DNA of 63,787 nt, counting the filler, from Neolecta irregularis DAH-3 (taxonomy: Eukaryota), in NCBI GenBank assembly GCA_001929475.1. It is 13 parts of 13 records of this genome, joined end to end, with 100 filler letters (N's around TTAATTAATTAA, not from the genome) between each part and the next. Parts side by side here need not be neighbours in the genome. Positions count along the whole stretch, not along the records: positions 16,393 to 31,508 come from LXFE01001063.1; positions 31,609 to 36,039 come from LXFE01001067.1; positions 36,140 to 41,074 come from LXFE01001068.1; 10 more parts are not named here. One strand, written 5' to 3'. Numbering within the stretch: the stretch's first letter is position 1; each line of letters begins with the position of its first letter. A program made the position numbers and the translations under genes. Positions 24,376 through 37,099 of the stretch are shown here, piece by piece. The notes under the pieces were generated by a model. The model had not been told where the DNA came from and ran no database searches. It saw only the letters and a list, made by a program, of their open reading frames with translations.

Positions 24376-26393
24376 TTAGTATCCGCCGTGATTGAGAAGG
24401 AAACCTTCGACCCATTGCATGCCTCCATAATCAAATCCACTGTGTCGATTTAACGCAACACCAAAGCCTTCTTCAAACAGTCTTTGAGAGCGAAGTATCT
24501 CAACTGCATCACAAATTACTGTAGCTTCAGCCATATTCTCAAATTCTGGCGTTCGGATTAAGGCTGCTAAAGTTTGATCCACAAGAACCCAGCTTGCAGA
24601 TTCGGTTGAGCCTGAAGCAACCAAATCCATGCTGACAATCAATGTCGAAAGTAACGGTGCCGTAAACATCCAGAGTTGACCCATCCAACGATACATACTC
24701 ATTTCAGCAGATCGAGCATCAAAGGCACAGTACATCTTCATACTTCGATGAGCAGCTTTCAGGACCTCTTTCTTCGCATCCGGAAACTCTTTCTTATGCA
24801 TCAGTGGCACGAAGAGGCATAGCAATTTCCGAGCCATGGATCCTTCAAGAGCAAGCTGCCTATAAAGCAAATCGGCTGATTGGGTATCGGGATTCATTCG
24901 CAACCATGCTGGAATACTAGCCTCGAGGTCTTTAAATTTTTGATGGCATTCGGTAACTTTTGAGTGTAGTTGGCTGGTAAGGTTGTAAACTGCTTCGTAG
25001 ATGTTTTTATGCATCATAACGCTTGCAGTCATGTGATTCGACCATTCGATGCTTCTTTGAAATAGACCGTCATAACCAATGTCTAGGGCGGGATTGAATT
25101 GTGGTAGACGACAATCCATGTTCCACTCTCCAGCATGCGGAGGTAATCCTTCAAACCAAGAATTCGCACTTTATACTCAGCTCGATATAGAAGAAAGGCC
25201 CTTGCGTTTCATACATATATATATACATCCACACTCGTCTACGGATTTCGCATTCAAGCGGCGTTAAACCAAGATGTTCAGGTTCACGATGCAGACTTAT
25301 GATCAGTGACGAAAGTTTGAAGAATGCCTAACCCCAGGCTTTGAGCCATATACAACATGATCCCACTATTCAACCAAGCCAGTGCTTTTGGTGAGTACGA
25401 ACGAAACAGAGGACAATGTACAGTTCGACGTGATATCTCGATTTGCTTGATTAATCATTAAGGCAGTCACCACATCTAAATCGTAATTTTCCAGATACAA
25501 ACCAGTCCTGAAGGCATCGTTAACTCCTTTTTGCAAAACACGCCGGTATTCATCTCGGGAAACTCCCAAGCTAATCTCAATAGCTTGAAGAGCTGGATCC
25601 TGTGAACTCGAATAAGTCCGCATCGCAGAGCAAAAAACTGCGAGTGCAACAACGAAAGCAAATGGACGACAGGTTGTAGCCAGAACATCTTTACAAGCGA
25701 TGTTGGAATGCCACATGCTTAGATAATCGCTCTCGAACGTAGGAGTATGAATATGACAAAATCCACCTGGGTGAGCTCTCAGGTAGCGGTCTATAAGAAT
25801 CATGGCAACGTCTTTCGACGGCAACAAACGTTGAGCTATCTCTGCAAGCTGGTAGCGCTGACCAACGTTCAAAAGGCTGGTGAATGTGGGTGTTTTCCAT
25901 AACATTGAAGTCAACCCGTCTTCCACATTCCGCTTATAATCAATGACCTGACGAAATATTATATAACGTACGTATGCGTTGTTACCAGGCATAAAGCCGT
26001 GATATCGCTGTCTACCTTCTTGGAAGGTCAATCCCCCCAAAAGACGAGCGGTGTCGTTTACAGATTCGTCTCCCTGGTCCTGATTTGCAATCTCAAGCAG
26101 TCTTTTGAGTTTGTCGTTTTCTTCTTGTAATTGCTTTATCCTCTCAAACGCATCCCTGTCACACTTGATAACCGAAGCCCTATGAGCTTAGATGGTATCA
26201 GCAGTTATAGTGCTCTACAGATCCTCATAAGAGCATTCGTATTTTTTCTTCATGCAGGCTTCACATGGTAAATGTCTGATGACAGTTAGAATTTGACTTA
26301 AAAGGCAGAGCGTAGAGATCGCAACCTGTCGCATTTAATCCTGCGAGCTATGCAGTTCCTGCAGCTTGTAACTGCTCTACGTCTAGAAGGCAT
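24376..26393 (-). CDS. Zn(II)2Cys6 transcription factor, paralogue 3 (zinc cluster split by an intron, absent from ORF track)
   Basis: Manual translation MPSRRRAVTSCRNCIARRIKCDR / intron / HLPCEACMKKKYECSYED. ORFs 25366 and 24376 align by eye with paralogue 1 (RPFAFVVALA, DCRLPQFN, YRWMGQLWMFTAPLLST). Confidence 0.88.
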
Positions 26394-26940
26394 AACGCCA
26401 AAAGACTTGAGATGGGAAGAAGGGATTCGTGCTAGGATCGGATAATAAATGTATCAGAGTAGGGCCTTTAAGAGAGTGCTGCGTATGCGAAGAGCTCTGT
26501 GACCAAACCTTCGTGTCACAGACTCCTTAAACGTATAATTTCTAAGTGTGATTGAGAGAGTACAAGCGAACGTAATACGCGTCTTGATGTCTTTGAACTA
26601 GAAATTCGTTCAGGACGACTGCGCATGGCTGTTAATGATTGACCTGCAGGTGGAAAAAATGGCTTCTGCAGTAATCGAAATATAAACTGTCAGTAGAACT
26701 TGCAGCAACGTTAGTATAATTCTTGGATCGAGAATATGTCATCTGAATATTGGATCCGGTCCCGCACTCAGATTTCGAAAATGAGCAAGTCAAGCAAACG
26801 CGCCCAGTCAATCGAAACAAGTATAATACTCCATGCCACCTGTAAGCATATACCCTCGGGTATGGCTTACCATTACGGAAGGAAGGCTTGCAATGATATT
26901 GCGGCGTTTTAATTTGTACTATAAAAGGTAGATAGGCGTT

Positions 26941-27020
26941 CATACCTAGCCAAGCTCATGTCACTTTAGACTAGCATAATAAAACCTGGTCTTATTCGAA
27001 CTCGAGCTCCAACACTTCCA
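26941..27020 (+). mobile_element. Degenerate relic of the same LTR family
   Basis: CATACCTAGC...AATAAAACCTGGTCTTATTCGAAC resembles CATACCTAAC...AATAAACCTTGGTCTTATTCGTAC of the 20803-20951 LTR. Confidence 0.5.
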
Positions 27021-27822
27021 CCATCATTCTTCTATTTCATGCACTTATACAATCATCCAAATTTGAAGAAGACAATGAATATAATTGAGAGTAGTATTAG
27101 TAGAGTATGGCCTGGGCCGAATATATTTCATGTTCCTTGCAACAGAGAAATAGAGGCTGATGTATTTCAACTTCCATACTAGACGCTAGGTAATCTAACA
27201 AGAAAATGCTGAGAATTGTAACAGCATGGCTCCCAGGGTTATGAATTTAATATCGGTATTATATAACACCTAATTCGCTTTCATATCCAACGAAACTTGA
27301 TCATACATACCTATATTTTCGGTCGTAGTGAATTTCGAGGGTTTAACCCAGAGGATACAATGCATGAAGGTCATCAGCGCGAAGTATTACAAAACAACAC
27401 CATATAAACAACACTTCCGAGAATGAGATAGAGGCAGCCACTCAAATTTATGGTATACCATTAGTCATAGCAGATGCGAAGGTGTGTGATCGAGCAAGTG
27501 GAAAATAAAAGATCTCTGCATTCACATTCCTCGACGATCGTACAACAGGAGATCAGGCACGGGGAGGGGGGGCTAAGAGGATGTGAAACCGATATGTACG
27601 CTAGTGACTGTAGTCCAAAATGACTGTATTGTAGAAGAGATTGTAGATTTTATCTTGGGGCTCATAGTTCACCGATAACCAATCCGATTTCAACCGAAAA
27701 TAATGATATCAGTGAATCGTCAGCTGCTGGGGAATTGAAAGAAATCTACCCCTTTGACCGAGAAGCTCCATGAGCCCGAAATTCAGATAAAAGTAATGCT
27801 CTATCCAGCAAAGATGTACAAA

Positions 27823-30800
27823 TTAAGGAGAAAAGCCAGATGGGAGTACACTCGGTGGACTTTGCTTCTCAAGCATGGCTAGAACGGTCTCGGCAATCTG
27901 GATAGCGTTATTCGGCACACCTAAACTCATTAAAATCAAGAGCGGCATGAAAATTTGGATTCACCCGCCAATGCGGCGACTTTGAAAGCATGACTTTCGA
28001 GATTGACGCCTGGACCCACTTTATGCAGGAACGAGAAACTTCCATCTTTGTCTTCCGACACGCCAGTGCAGTAAGTACCTATCTGTGGCATATTTGAGGC
28101 CAAACTAGCAATTTCATGATAATGAGTTGCGAAAAGAGCTCGACTTTGATTCACATAGTAGAGATGATGTAGGGATGCAAATGCTAACGCAATTCCTTCA
28201 CGACTTGAGGTTCCTCGACCAATTTCGTCCATAATGACAAATGACCGTGGTGTAGCCTTCTTCAAAATTGCAGCTGTTTCCATCATTTCGATCATGAAAG
28301 TCGATTGATCCCCAAACAAGTTATCTGCAGATCCAACCTTGACTATTAAGTTCACGAGTCAACAGATGAAATCACTCTACTAAAGATTTGATCCACTATG
28401 CCAATCTCAGCGTACTCCGCTGGCACGTATGATCCGATTTGAGCAAGAACCGAAATAACAGCATTTTGTCGCAGGAAGGTTGATTTTCCACCCATGTTAG
28501 GTCTAAGGCGAATAAGCAGAACAGAATGCAAACAAGACGTACCCAGTGAGGAGCCAAATGTGGTGGCCATTGTCTTCAAGGGTGCAATCATTAGGCGTGA
28601 ACATGAGTCCTTTTTCAGCGAGACCAGCTTCTACAATGGGATGGCGACCATTGATTATCTTGTGAACAGTCCTAAGATATCAATAAGTTATTTTGGTGGA
28701 AAAACAACCCATAGTTTAAAATGGGTCGAACAAGCCTTCTTTCCTGAGCAAGAAACGCAAAAGAACAAACGACATCGAGTTCGTCTAACACTCTCGCGTT
28801 ACGACGCAGTACAACAAGGCGTTTAATAACTTCAACTCTTAGCTTTTCGAAAGTTTTTGTCTCCTCTGAACGAATCATTATCTTAAGCTGGTCGATCCTG
28901 CTGCCCAAATATGTCCAATCCTGGAAATATGAGGCATGGCAAGTAGCAGGGTACATACAGGAAGCTGAAAAGAACGAGTGCTGCGGCTTGAGCTAACACT
29001 CTTAGCATCTTTGATCGAAGTGATGACTTTGATATCTTTCTCGCGAACATGGACGATATGACCGAGGCCTGGTGTCCATCTGAGGGATAAGGTGGGTGCA
29101 TCTCCAGGTCAGGTTTAGCTTTTGAGTAAATACTACCCAAAGTGCTCTTCAACGATTCTTCAAGTTCATCCTTCTCGTCTGCTAACTGATTCAAATCCTT
29201 ATGTAGCTTTTTCAGAAGTTGAGAGGCACTTCTATAAGCAGCTATAATAAATGGTTGATCATATACTCTTTCTTCATGGTCCATACATCATCTTTCACAT
29301 CGAATTTTTTCCCCTTCTTCATCTTGGACGTTTTCCTATGATCTGATTCGCTGTTTTCTGTCTCAGATATTGAGTTCGCATTAAGCACTTCAATCAATCT
29401 TGCTTGATTTTCTTCTTCCATTCTTTGGTTTCGCGAAAGGGCATCCTCGTCAATGGATTTCTTGATTTTTCGACTCAATTCAGAAGGAACTGTAATTCGT
29501 ATAAGTAATGAACTTACGTGATCTTTTTCGGCTTCTAGCCCAAGACGATTGCGTATTTCTTCGGTTGCGTCGATGGTACGGGCCAGAGCCAGATAATCGT
29601 CTGCATCACCTTTACCGAGACTGAATTTTTGTACGACCCGTTGCGAATCATGGCTTCGGTGGAGGAAATGAATAATGTCCTGTCTTAAAGATGGATCGCG
29701 AAGAAAAGTTTCAACAAGATCTAAGCGTTGATTAATAACTGAGATACTTGTGATTGGAGAGCCTAGTCATAAGATCAAATAAGAAAATCAGGTCAATACC
29801 GAGCCAGTCACTCAACATCCGTGCTCCCCCCATTGTGACGGTCTTTTTGATTGCGTTCATAACGCTTCCTTTAGGAGTTCCCTCTCTCAAATTCTTTTTC
29901 AACTCCAAAGCTCTAAAAGAGCTGGTGTCAATAATCATCGTATCTTTATGATGCTTCCGAATTGGGGGCTGTAACTTCATACTGAGGCCCTGCAATTTCT
30001 CTTTAACATATCCCAAGAGTGCAGAACCAGCTTCAACTTCTGAAGATGTCATTTCATTGACAATGCTCTTAGATGGTGGTGCCTCGAGCATTTCGCCCCA
30101 TTTATCAAGTGAATCGAACTGATGGGAAAACGGTTCGTAAGTAATGAAATGCTCTTGTTCTTCAATAGCTTTAAAAATGGCATGTGCCCGATCAGAGCGA
30201 AGATCTTCATTGAGCAAAATCTCTCGTGGTCCAATCCTGGAGATATCGCTGTTAAGTGATCCAATGTCACTTCCCTGAGTAAAGAAATCTCCTGTTGAAA
30301 GGTCAAGCCAAGCTAGTCCTATAACTTTCTCACAGATTACAATTGCGAGAAGGTAATTGTGTTGATACGGATTGATGAATTGTTCGTCGATTAACGTACC
30401 TGGGGTAATAATTCGAGTAATTTTGCGGTCAAATATATTCGTACTGGAAAGATCATCTACATCACGTTTTTTGAACTCTTCACATAACGCTACGTATCTT
30501 CCATTTTCTTCAACCAAAATTTTCAGGTACCGATCGAGTTGGAATATGGGAAACCCGGCGAATGCTACAGTACCGGCCTTTGTGGTTTTTGATGCCAATT
30601 TAAGGTTTAGAATCGGTGCAACTTCCACAGCTTGCTCGAAATATAGCTGTACGAGTTTAGCTAAGCTGTAAATAGGAATCTGTACCTCGTAGAACTGCCC
30701 TACTTTCGTTAAAAGAATGCATTTGGGAAATTTTCGCTGATTCTCCAAAGTCTGAGATAAAAGAGGCGAGAGTCCCGCAGGCTCTTCTTCTTGTGATGAA

Positions 30801-31003
30801 CTTTTCCTCTTTTCCTTGAAGGTCTCAAGAGGCTGCAGGGATCCTTGAGGAAGTTCAGCCACCAGCTTTTGTGATTGACTCTTTGCTCTGCGATACTGTT
30901 GATGGCGAAGGTTGTCATCAAGTAATGCAGAACGGAAAAAAATCAAATGTCCGAAATCCGCACGTAGTCTTCGAGATGAGGATCTGAGGACAATTATTAC
31001 CAT
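27823..31003 (-). CDS. MSH1: Mitochondrial MutS homologue (multi-exon)
   Basis: Basic N-terminal presequence; [10 protein letters not shown] / [68 protein letters not shown]. Confidence 0.93.
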
Positions 31004-31999
31004 GAAGCAACTGGAATTCGAGGCGTGTCTTCGATGATAGTAGAATGAACGTCCTCGAGGTGTGTCCTAGTAAGAGTGAACCAACCTGAGACATCAAAAT
31101 TTGATGTTCCCCTCTACACCTTACTAGTCAAGATTACCCGGAATCTCATGGTTTAGAATATAACATTTCAAAATTAACATGATTATTCTTATCATTAGTG
31201 CCGACTTTGAAAAGATATATTGTTATCTTCATCCTAACTATTGAGTCTTCCGAGTTCATCAATTTTACAGATCAGCACTGTTTGTAGTGCACATAGGAGA
31301 AAATCATATTGACTAGGCCTTCCTCCTTGTCCATTGGGCATTTTGCTCACAACTTTATGCTCGAATCCGATCGTTAAACCTTCGAATATGAAACTCGGGA
31401 GTTCAATTATTGACGAAATCACTTATATCGAATAAATGCAATTTCTTTCAAGGGTTTTAACGAAATTTATCCATCAAGATTCTAATGGTTCAAAATATGT
31501 TTGGAGTGNNNNNNNNNNNNNNNNNNNNNNNNNNNNNNNNNNNNNNNNNNNNTTAATTAATTAANNNNNNNNNNNNNNNNNNNNNNNNNNNNNNNNNNNN
31601 NNNNNNNNGCATACACGGCGCATACACGGCGCATACAGGCCATGGCCGCTGCCTGGCGGGGAGCGAAACTCACCACCACGAATTGTTTGTCGCAGCGTCC
31701 CCTGCCCGAGTGCCCACCCCCAACCTCCAACCTCCAGCCCTACACCTCCAGCCCGCGCATCCCCCCGGCCCGCCCTGCGGTTCCCGTCTTCTTTTTTTCC
31801 CGGGACCCGCTCTCTGCGCACCCGCGCTCCGTGCAGCGCCTCTGACCGGCCCGCGCCTCTGTAGTTGCGCCGCGCCCGCATCCGCCCCGCCGTCCCGCGG
31901 CGTGTCTGCTGTCTCCCGCCCGCCTGCCGCAGCGCGGAACGCCGAATGGGCAAACGCGACCACCACAGCCAGCCGCTTGCCGCCGCTTCGCCGCCCCGC

Positions 32000-34777
32000 A
32001 TGAACGCCGCCGGCGCCCGCAACGCCCTCTCGGCGTCGCCCTCAAGCGCAAATGTCTCTGCGCAGGCCTCCGAACACAAAATGCTGCAGTCCTACATCTA
32101 CGACTACTTGCTCAAAATGGGCCTGAACGAGTCTGCAAAGACTTTTATGTCGGAGGCAGAAGTCTCGACCAAGGACGACGCCTCGAGAACCCGGACCTCA
32201 AAACCCGAGGCCGATCTCGACTCCCCCGAACTTGGCAACATGTCCGCCCTCGACAGCGTGTCGGCCCTCATGGACGCAAAGAGGAACAGAAAGCCCCAGG
32301 GTCCAACCGAAGACGAATCAAAAACGAAAGCCGCAGACGACAAGTCGTGTGACCTGCCATCTGCCATCATTCCTATAGACGTCCCCGGCGGCTTCCTCTA
32401 CGAATGGTGGATTGTTTTCTGGGACATGTACAATGCGCGAAATTCGCGCAATGGCTCACAAGCTGCGTCGCAACTGATCGCACATTCCCAGGTACTCGAG
32501 CTTACCCTCAAATTTTTCTCACTTTTAGCGTCTCCGTCAGCAGCAGGAACATCAACGTAGCCTTTCAATAGGCGGAATGGGCCCGCAGCACCCCGGGATG
32601 GCAGCGCAACAAGGACACATGATCAACCCGGCTGCTAATGCTGCTGCATACAATCCCGCTCTTCGAAGTGCAATGCCTAACGGTATGATGCAGATGCACC
32701 CTGGGATCGACATGAACAATCCCGATTTAAATAATGAAAAGGTGCCGCTTTCGCCTCCAGGCGTTGTAGTTAACTTGCTCCATAGACCAGGCAGCTTTTG
32801 GCTCGTCAAGTTGTTGCGAACAATGCCATCAACCGCCAGAAGGGAATGTTCCAGCCGTAATAATCCAAGTCCAACCCTGTCTCAATATAGTACTACTCAA
32901 CAGCTGCAGACTCTTGCCAAGAATAACCCCATGTATGCTGCACACCAACAGCAACAGTTACAGGTGCTTGAGGAAACCGCATACTTGCTAAAATCATCAG
33001 GCTCAACGCGAACAGTCCGAACAAAATGGCGCTTTTAATGATCCTTCTGCTCAACGGCCAAACTCTCCAGCCATGTCTGGGCGAGAGCCATCTCCGCCAA
33101 AGCGACAGAGACTATCTCCCGATGGCGCCTTTGCTACGATTCAGCAAGGTACTAGATCCGCTATGCCAAGGTCCAAGCTTACCCCCTAGCGGGCCGACCA
33201 CAAATGGTCTCTGCTGGTCCCCAGCTTGGTCCCAGTCATATGCCCCAAGGAATGACCCCCAACGAGTACCAGCAACAGCAAATTGCAGCCATGCAGCAAC
33301 AGACCGCCAACGGCCCCCAGAAGCAAAATATGCAACAATACGCTCAAGCTCTTACCCGCCAACAGCAAAACGCCATGGGTAACGTCAAGCAAGCTTTAGG
33401 TGGTCAAATTCCCGGTGCAACGCCGTCCATGCATAATCCCAATCTCACAAAAGGTCAACAAGGTCAGCAAAGTTCAATGGGAGAATACTACAATCCAATG
33501 CGTCCAACAACTCAGGCTTCATTGCAAGACTATCAAATGCAGTTGCAAATTCTCGCTCAGCAAAACCAGAAGCGTATACAAATGGCTCGCCATGAAGATG
33601 ATGGAGCCCCTCGAGGTCCAGGAACAGCAGAGTCTAATCCTTCTTTCAGCGCAATGTCGCCTCAAAATACCCGTCGCCAACAATCGCCTCAACCTACCGC
33701 TGCAGACATGGCCCGTCGTAACACATCTACTCCAAAACTTAGTCATCCACCAAATCCCAACTCTCCAGCAGATCCACAAGCTCAAATGCGGAATTCGTCG
33801 CCTAATATGGCTGCAGTCTATAACGGGCAGATTCCTCAAGATCCACAGCAACAGATGATGCTCTACAATCAACTAAAAAGCATGAGTGATATGAATGGAG
33901 TTACTTTGGGTCCTGGTGGTCAAATGCTGAGACCTCAAATGGGCGGCGCTGCTGGCCACCCGGCATTCATGAACAATCCTGCGGTGCAAATGAGTATGAT
34001 GAGTAATGGTCCAGATATGAATATGATGCGCGCGAGGCCTGGGTACTGGCAAAGCCAGCAGCCTCAACAGATGATGGCTGCCATGACTCCAGTATACGGG
34101 AATCATCTTATATTACTAAATTTTAGCACATGAGAATGGCGATGCAGCAACAAGCCGCTGCTCAGCAACATCACGCTGCGCAACAGATGCCACCACCTGG
34201 ATCTCACCCTATTCACCCTATGAATGGCAACAATCGAGGTCAACCACAGTCGCCTAGTGTTTCCAATGTTCAAGTCAATGCCGTCAAGGCGCAACAAGCA
34301 GCTCAAGCTCTTAAGAAGAGGGATAAAGATTCCAAAAAGGTAAAAAGAGACATTATCTCTGGTCTTGATCTTGTAGAAAACAACAAAGAAAACTGCTGCA
34401 ACGCCGAATAATGAAGTTTCAGAACATGATGCTGATGATACGATGCCCACTCCTGCAACGCCAACGACACCAAAGCACCCTAAATCTTTCTCCAACACCT
34501 CAGCGCCGCCTTCTAATCAAACCACTCAACCTCCAGAACCTCCATCAACATTCAGCACAAGCATGGACCAACCAGAGGTTTGTTGCACGTGTACAAAAAT
34601 TATTAATTAAATCAGGGTGATAACTTTCTCACGTTTAATTTCGCAGATGGTGCGGATACAGGAATGGGAGACTTTGATTTCGACAGTTTTCTAAACACGG
34701 ACAATGATCCAAACATGGGAAACTTTGACGCATCAAGTTTCTTCAACGCAGGAGACGGCCTCGAAGCAGAATCGTAA
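32000..34777 (+). CDS. LisH/LUFS-domain Gln-rich transcriptional regulator (Flo8/Som1/Adn2-3 family)
   Basis: LQSYIYDYLLKMG (LisH), GFLYEWWIVFWDMY, SPAPSPPKRQR-like segment, LQDYQMQLQILAQQNQKRIQMAR, PTPATP.TP, and C-terminal DFDFDSFL. Confidence 0.88.
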
Positions 34778-35812
34778 AAGATTCCTTACACCCCCGAATC
34801 CAATTTTCCCACCAGCTTGGACTTGTCCTTTTTTTTGTCGGTTTCTTTATTAAATGCTGCTGTGAGTAGAAGGAGAGAAAATATTTTCCGGCGTTTTTGT
34901 TTATTTTTTTCCCTTTCCTTTTGAAAGTTGAAAGTTCTCTTGTTCATTTTGGAAGGAATTTTAGTCTTTGAGGCGTCTTTACTTTGATCTATTCTTCCTT
35001 TTCCCCCTTGATCAATACCAATCCATTTTTTCTTTTTTCTTTTCTTTTCTTCTCTCTCTTTCGCTTTATTTTCTTATTTCTTTTTTGCTATCTTGTTACA
35101 GCGCATGATGGGCAGGCCGGTGGATTTTGGATGAAAATTCAGGTCTTGTTTATTACATGTGCTTCCTCTCCTTTTTCCTTTTTGATTTCTGTTTGTTTGT
35201 TCTTTTTGAAGTTAATGGTCTCGTTTTTTTTATCTGTGATATAATCGACTATGATTATGAATACCAAGTCAATTCAGGTTCCAGAGATTAGATGATTATG
35301 AATGCCAAATTTCAGGTTCCCGAGATTAGAATACGGTCGAACCTGGTATAACGATTGTGGCTTGGCATGGTGTTCAGTTCTTAAGGCGGATTCATATATC
35401 GTGATAGAAAAATAGAAAAACGCTGGATCCAAGCCAATACAAACGAAATGAATCAGAGAGAAAAATAACTTGATTCAGCCTTCTATATCTTGATGATGTA
35501 TCTGATTTATATGGTTATACCACGACTACGAGAGAACGTTCCAACACCACGTCTTCCATTACTATATGACCGGACTGTATCCAATGAATTCGCTTCGGAA
35601 TTTCTTTAGCCCGTCCACTGGGTTTCACTAATATTGATATGCCTTAATATGTCGACTGAGACAGATTAGATGGGACCGGTAGAATTACAAATGACATTCA
35701 TTAAATGTTCTAGGTATAAATGACAGGAAATTTCCACGATCGCAAAATTCTATCCTTGAACTGTCCCTAAAACATATCCTTACGTATTTGTATCTGTGAG
35801 CCGAATATTCTT

Positions 35813-36039
35813 ATGCAACTTGATATTCTCTTCATATTTGTCGGTTTACTCTTTCGACTGGTGGACTGTTCCAACTACGATCCTATCAAGCACGCAACTT
35901 GGCTCGTTTATGACGCTGTGAATGATGTCAAATATCGTCCTAGTCGATCGATTAACGATGAAGAGAAAAGAAAGTTATTAAAGGTTACCGAATGGAAACC
36001 AAATGATCCCCTCGGCGGCTTTGTGCCAAGCACTGGGAA
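35813..36039 (+). CDS. Putative secreted protein, 5' part only (cut by linker)
   Basis: ATG ORF with signal-like N-terminus MQLDILFIFVGLLFRLVDC; upstream TATAAA at about 35716. Confidence 0.5.
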
Positions 36040-36167
36040 NNNNNNNNNNNNNNNNNNNNNNNNNNNNNNNNNNNNNNNNNNNNTTAATTAATTAANNNNN
36101 NNNNNNNNNNNNNNNNNNNNNNNNNNNNNNNNNNNNNNNTCTCGTCCAGCGTTTCCACTCATTCGCC

Positions 36168-36437
36168 ATGAAGTTCATTGCCGCAACTGCTCTCTTCGTT
36201 TTCGCCGTCGCCGCAACCGACGCTCCGCCATGCCTCATGTCCGCAGTTACTCAGGTCATCGACGAGCTTGGCCTCTCCTTTGATGCCTATGCCCTCTGCA
36301 CAAACGACCAGTTCATCGACCAGCTCACCGTCGCGGTCCACGTGGGTTGCCCTGAAAGCGACTTTCCCCTTGCCGTCGAGGCCGCAAAAGAGTTCTGTTT
36401 AGCCGTTGGAGTCGACATCAGCTCAAAGATCCATTAG
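36168..36437 (+). CDS. Small secreted acidic protein, reduced (4-Cys) CFEM-like domain
   Basis: Signal peptide; APPC...D.YALC...F......V..GC...D...A......FC..VGV follows CFEM spacing. Confidence 0.7.
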   Translation: MKFIAATALFVFAVAATDAPPCLMSAVTQVIDELGLSFDAYALCTNDQFIDQLTVAVHVGCPESDFPLAVEAAKEFCLAVGVDISSKIH

Positions 36438-37099
36438 CAAGATCCTGCGTCCCTCTCTCCGTTTCTCCTCCGCCTAGACAACACCCTCTTCAACCCCAAC
36501 TGTTTTCTCGTCCGCCTCGTGTTAGATGTGTAGTAGAAGAAGCGCCAAATAATTTCATTAGTGTTTTGTATCTGTTGTTCTCCTCGGTTTGAACTGCCAC
36601 TTGCATCTCTTGCCTCACGCTTCTCTCAGTAGCTGGAAACACCATTCCCAAATCGTTATCTTTCGATGCCTCCATCTTTACCCATGCCCGGGTAATCAGC
36701 AGCACACGCTTCCGACAGCCCACACGCTTTCAATCACAGGTTTATCCAAATGAGGAACTTGATGGGACTGGACCATTTATAGAACTTTCTCGCAGAAACA
36801 TCATTTGGCTGCCTTGAGAGTGTATCACCCCATTATTCTCCCTTTTCTTTATTCCGAGTCTGTTTTGTACTAGTTTGTATAAAGCTACAATATATTCTCC
36901 ATTTTCACGTCACAGAATTAGCTATCATTTTCAAATACTTTGATTTTTGATTATTCACCAAGTTCAATCTTCTCTCAAACCTTACATTACAACCTGCGTG
37001 ATTGTATAAAAGACATGCGAAAAATGCAAACCAAACCCTCTAACCCTAACCCGATTGATGACCTCTAGCTGGTAGTATCAAGGGGACGAGCGCCATGAC

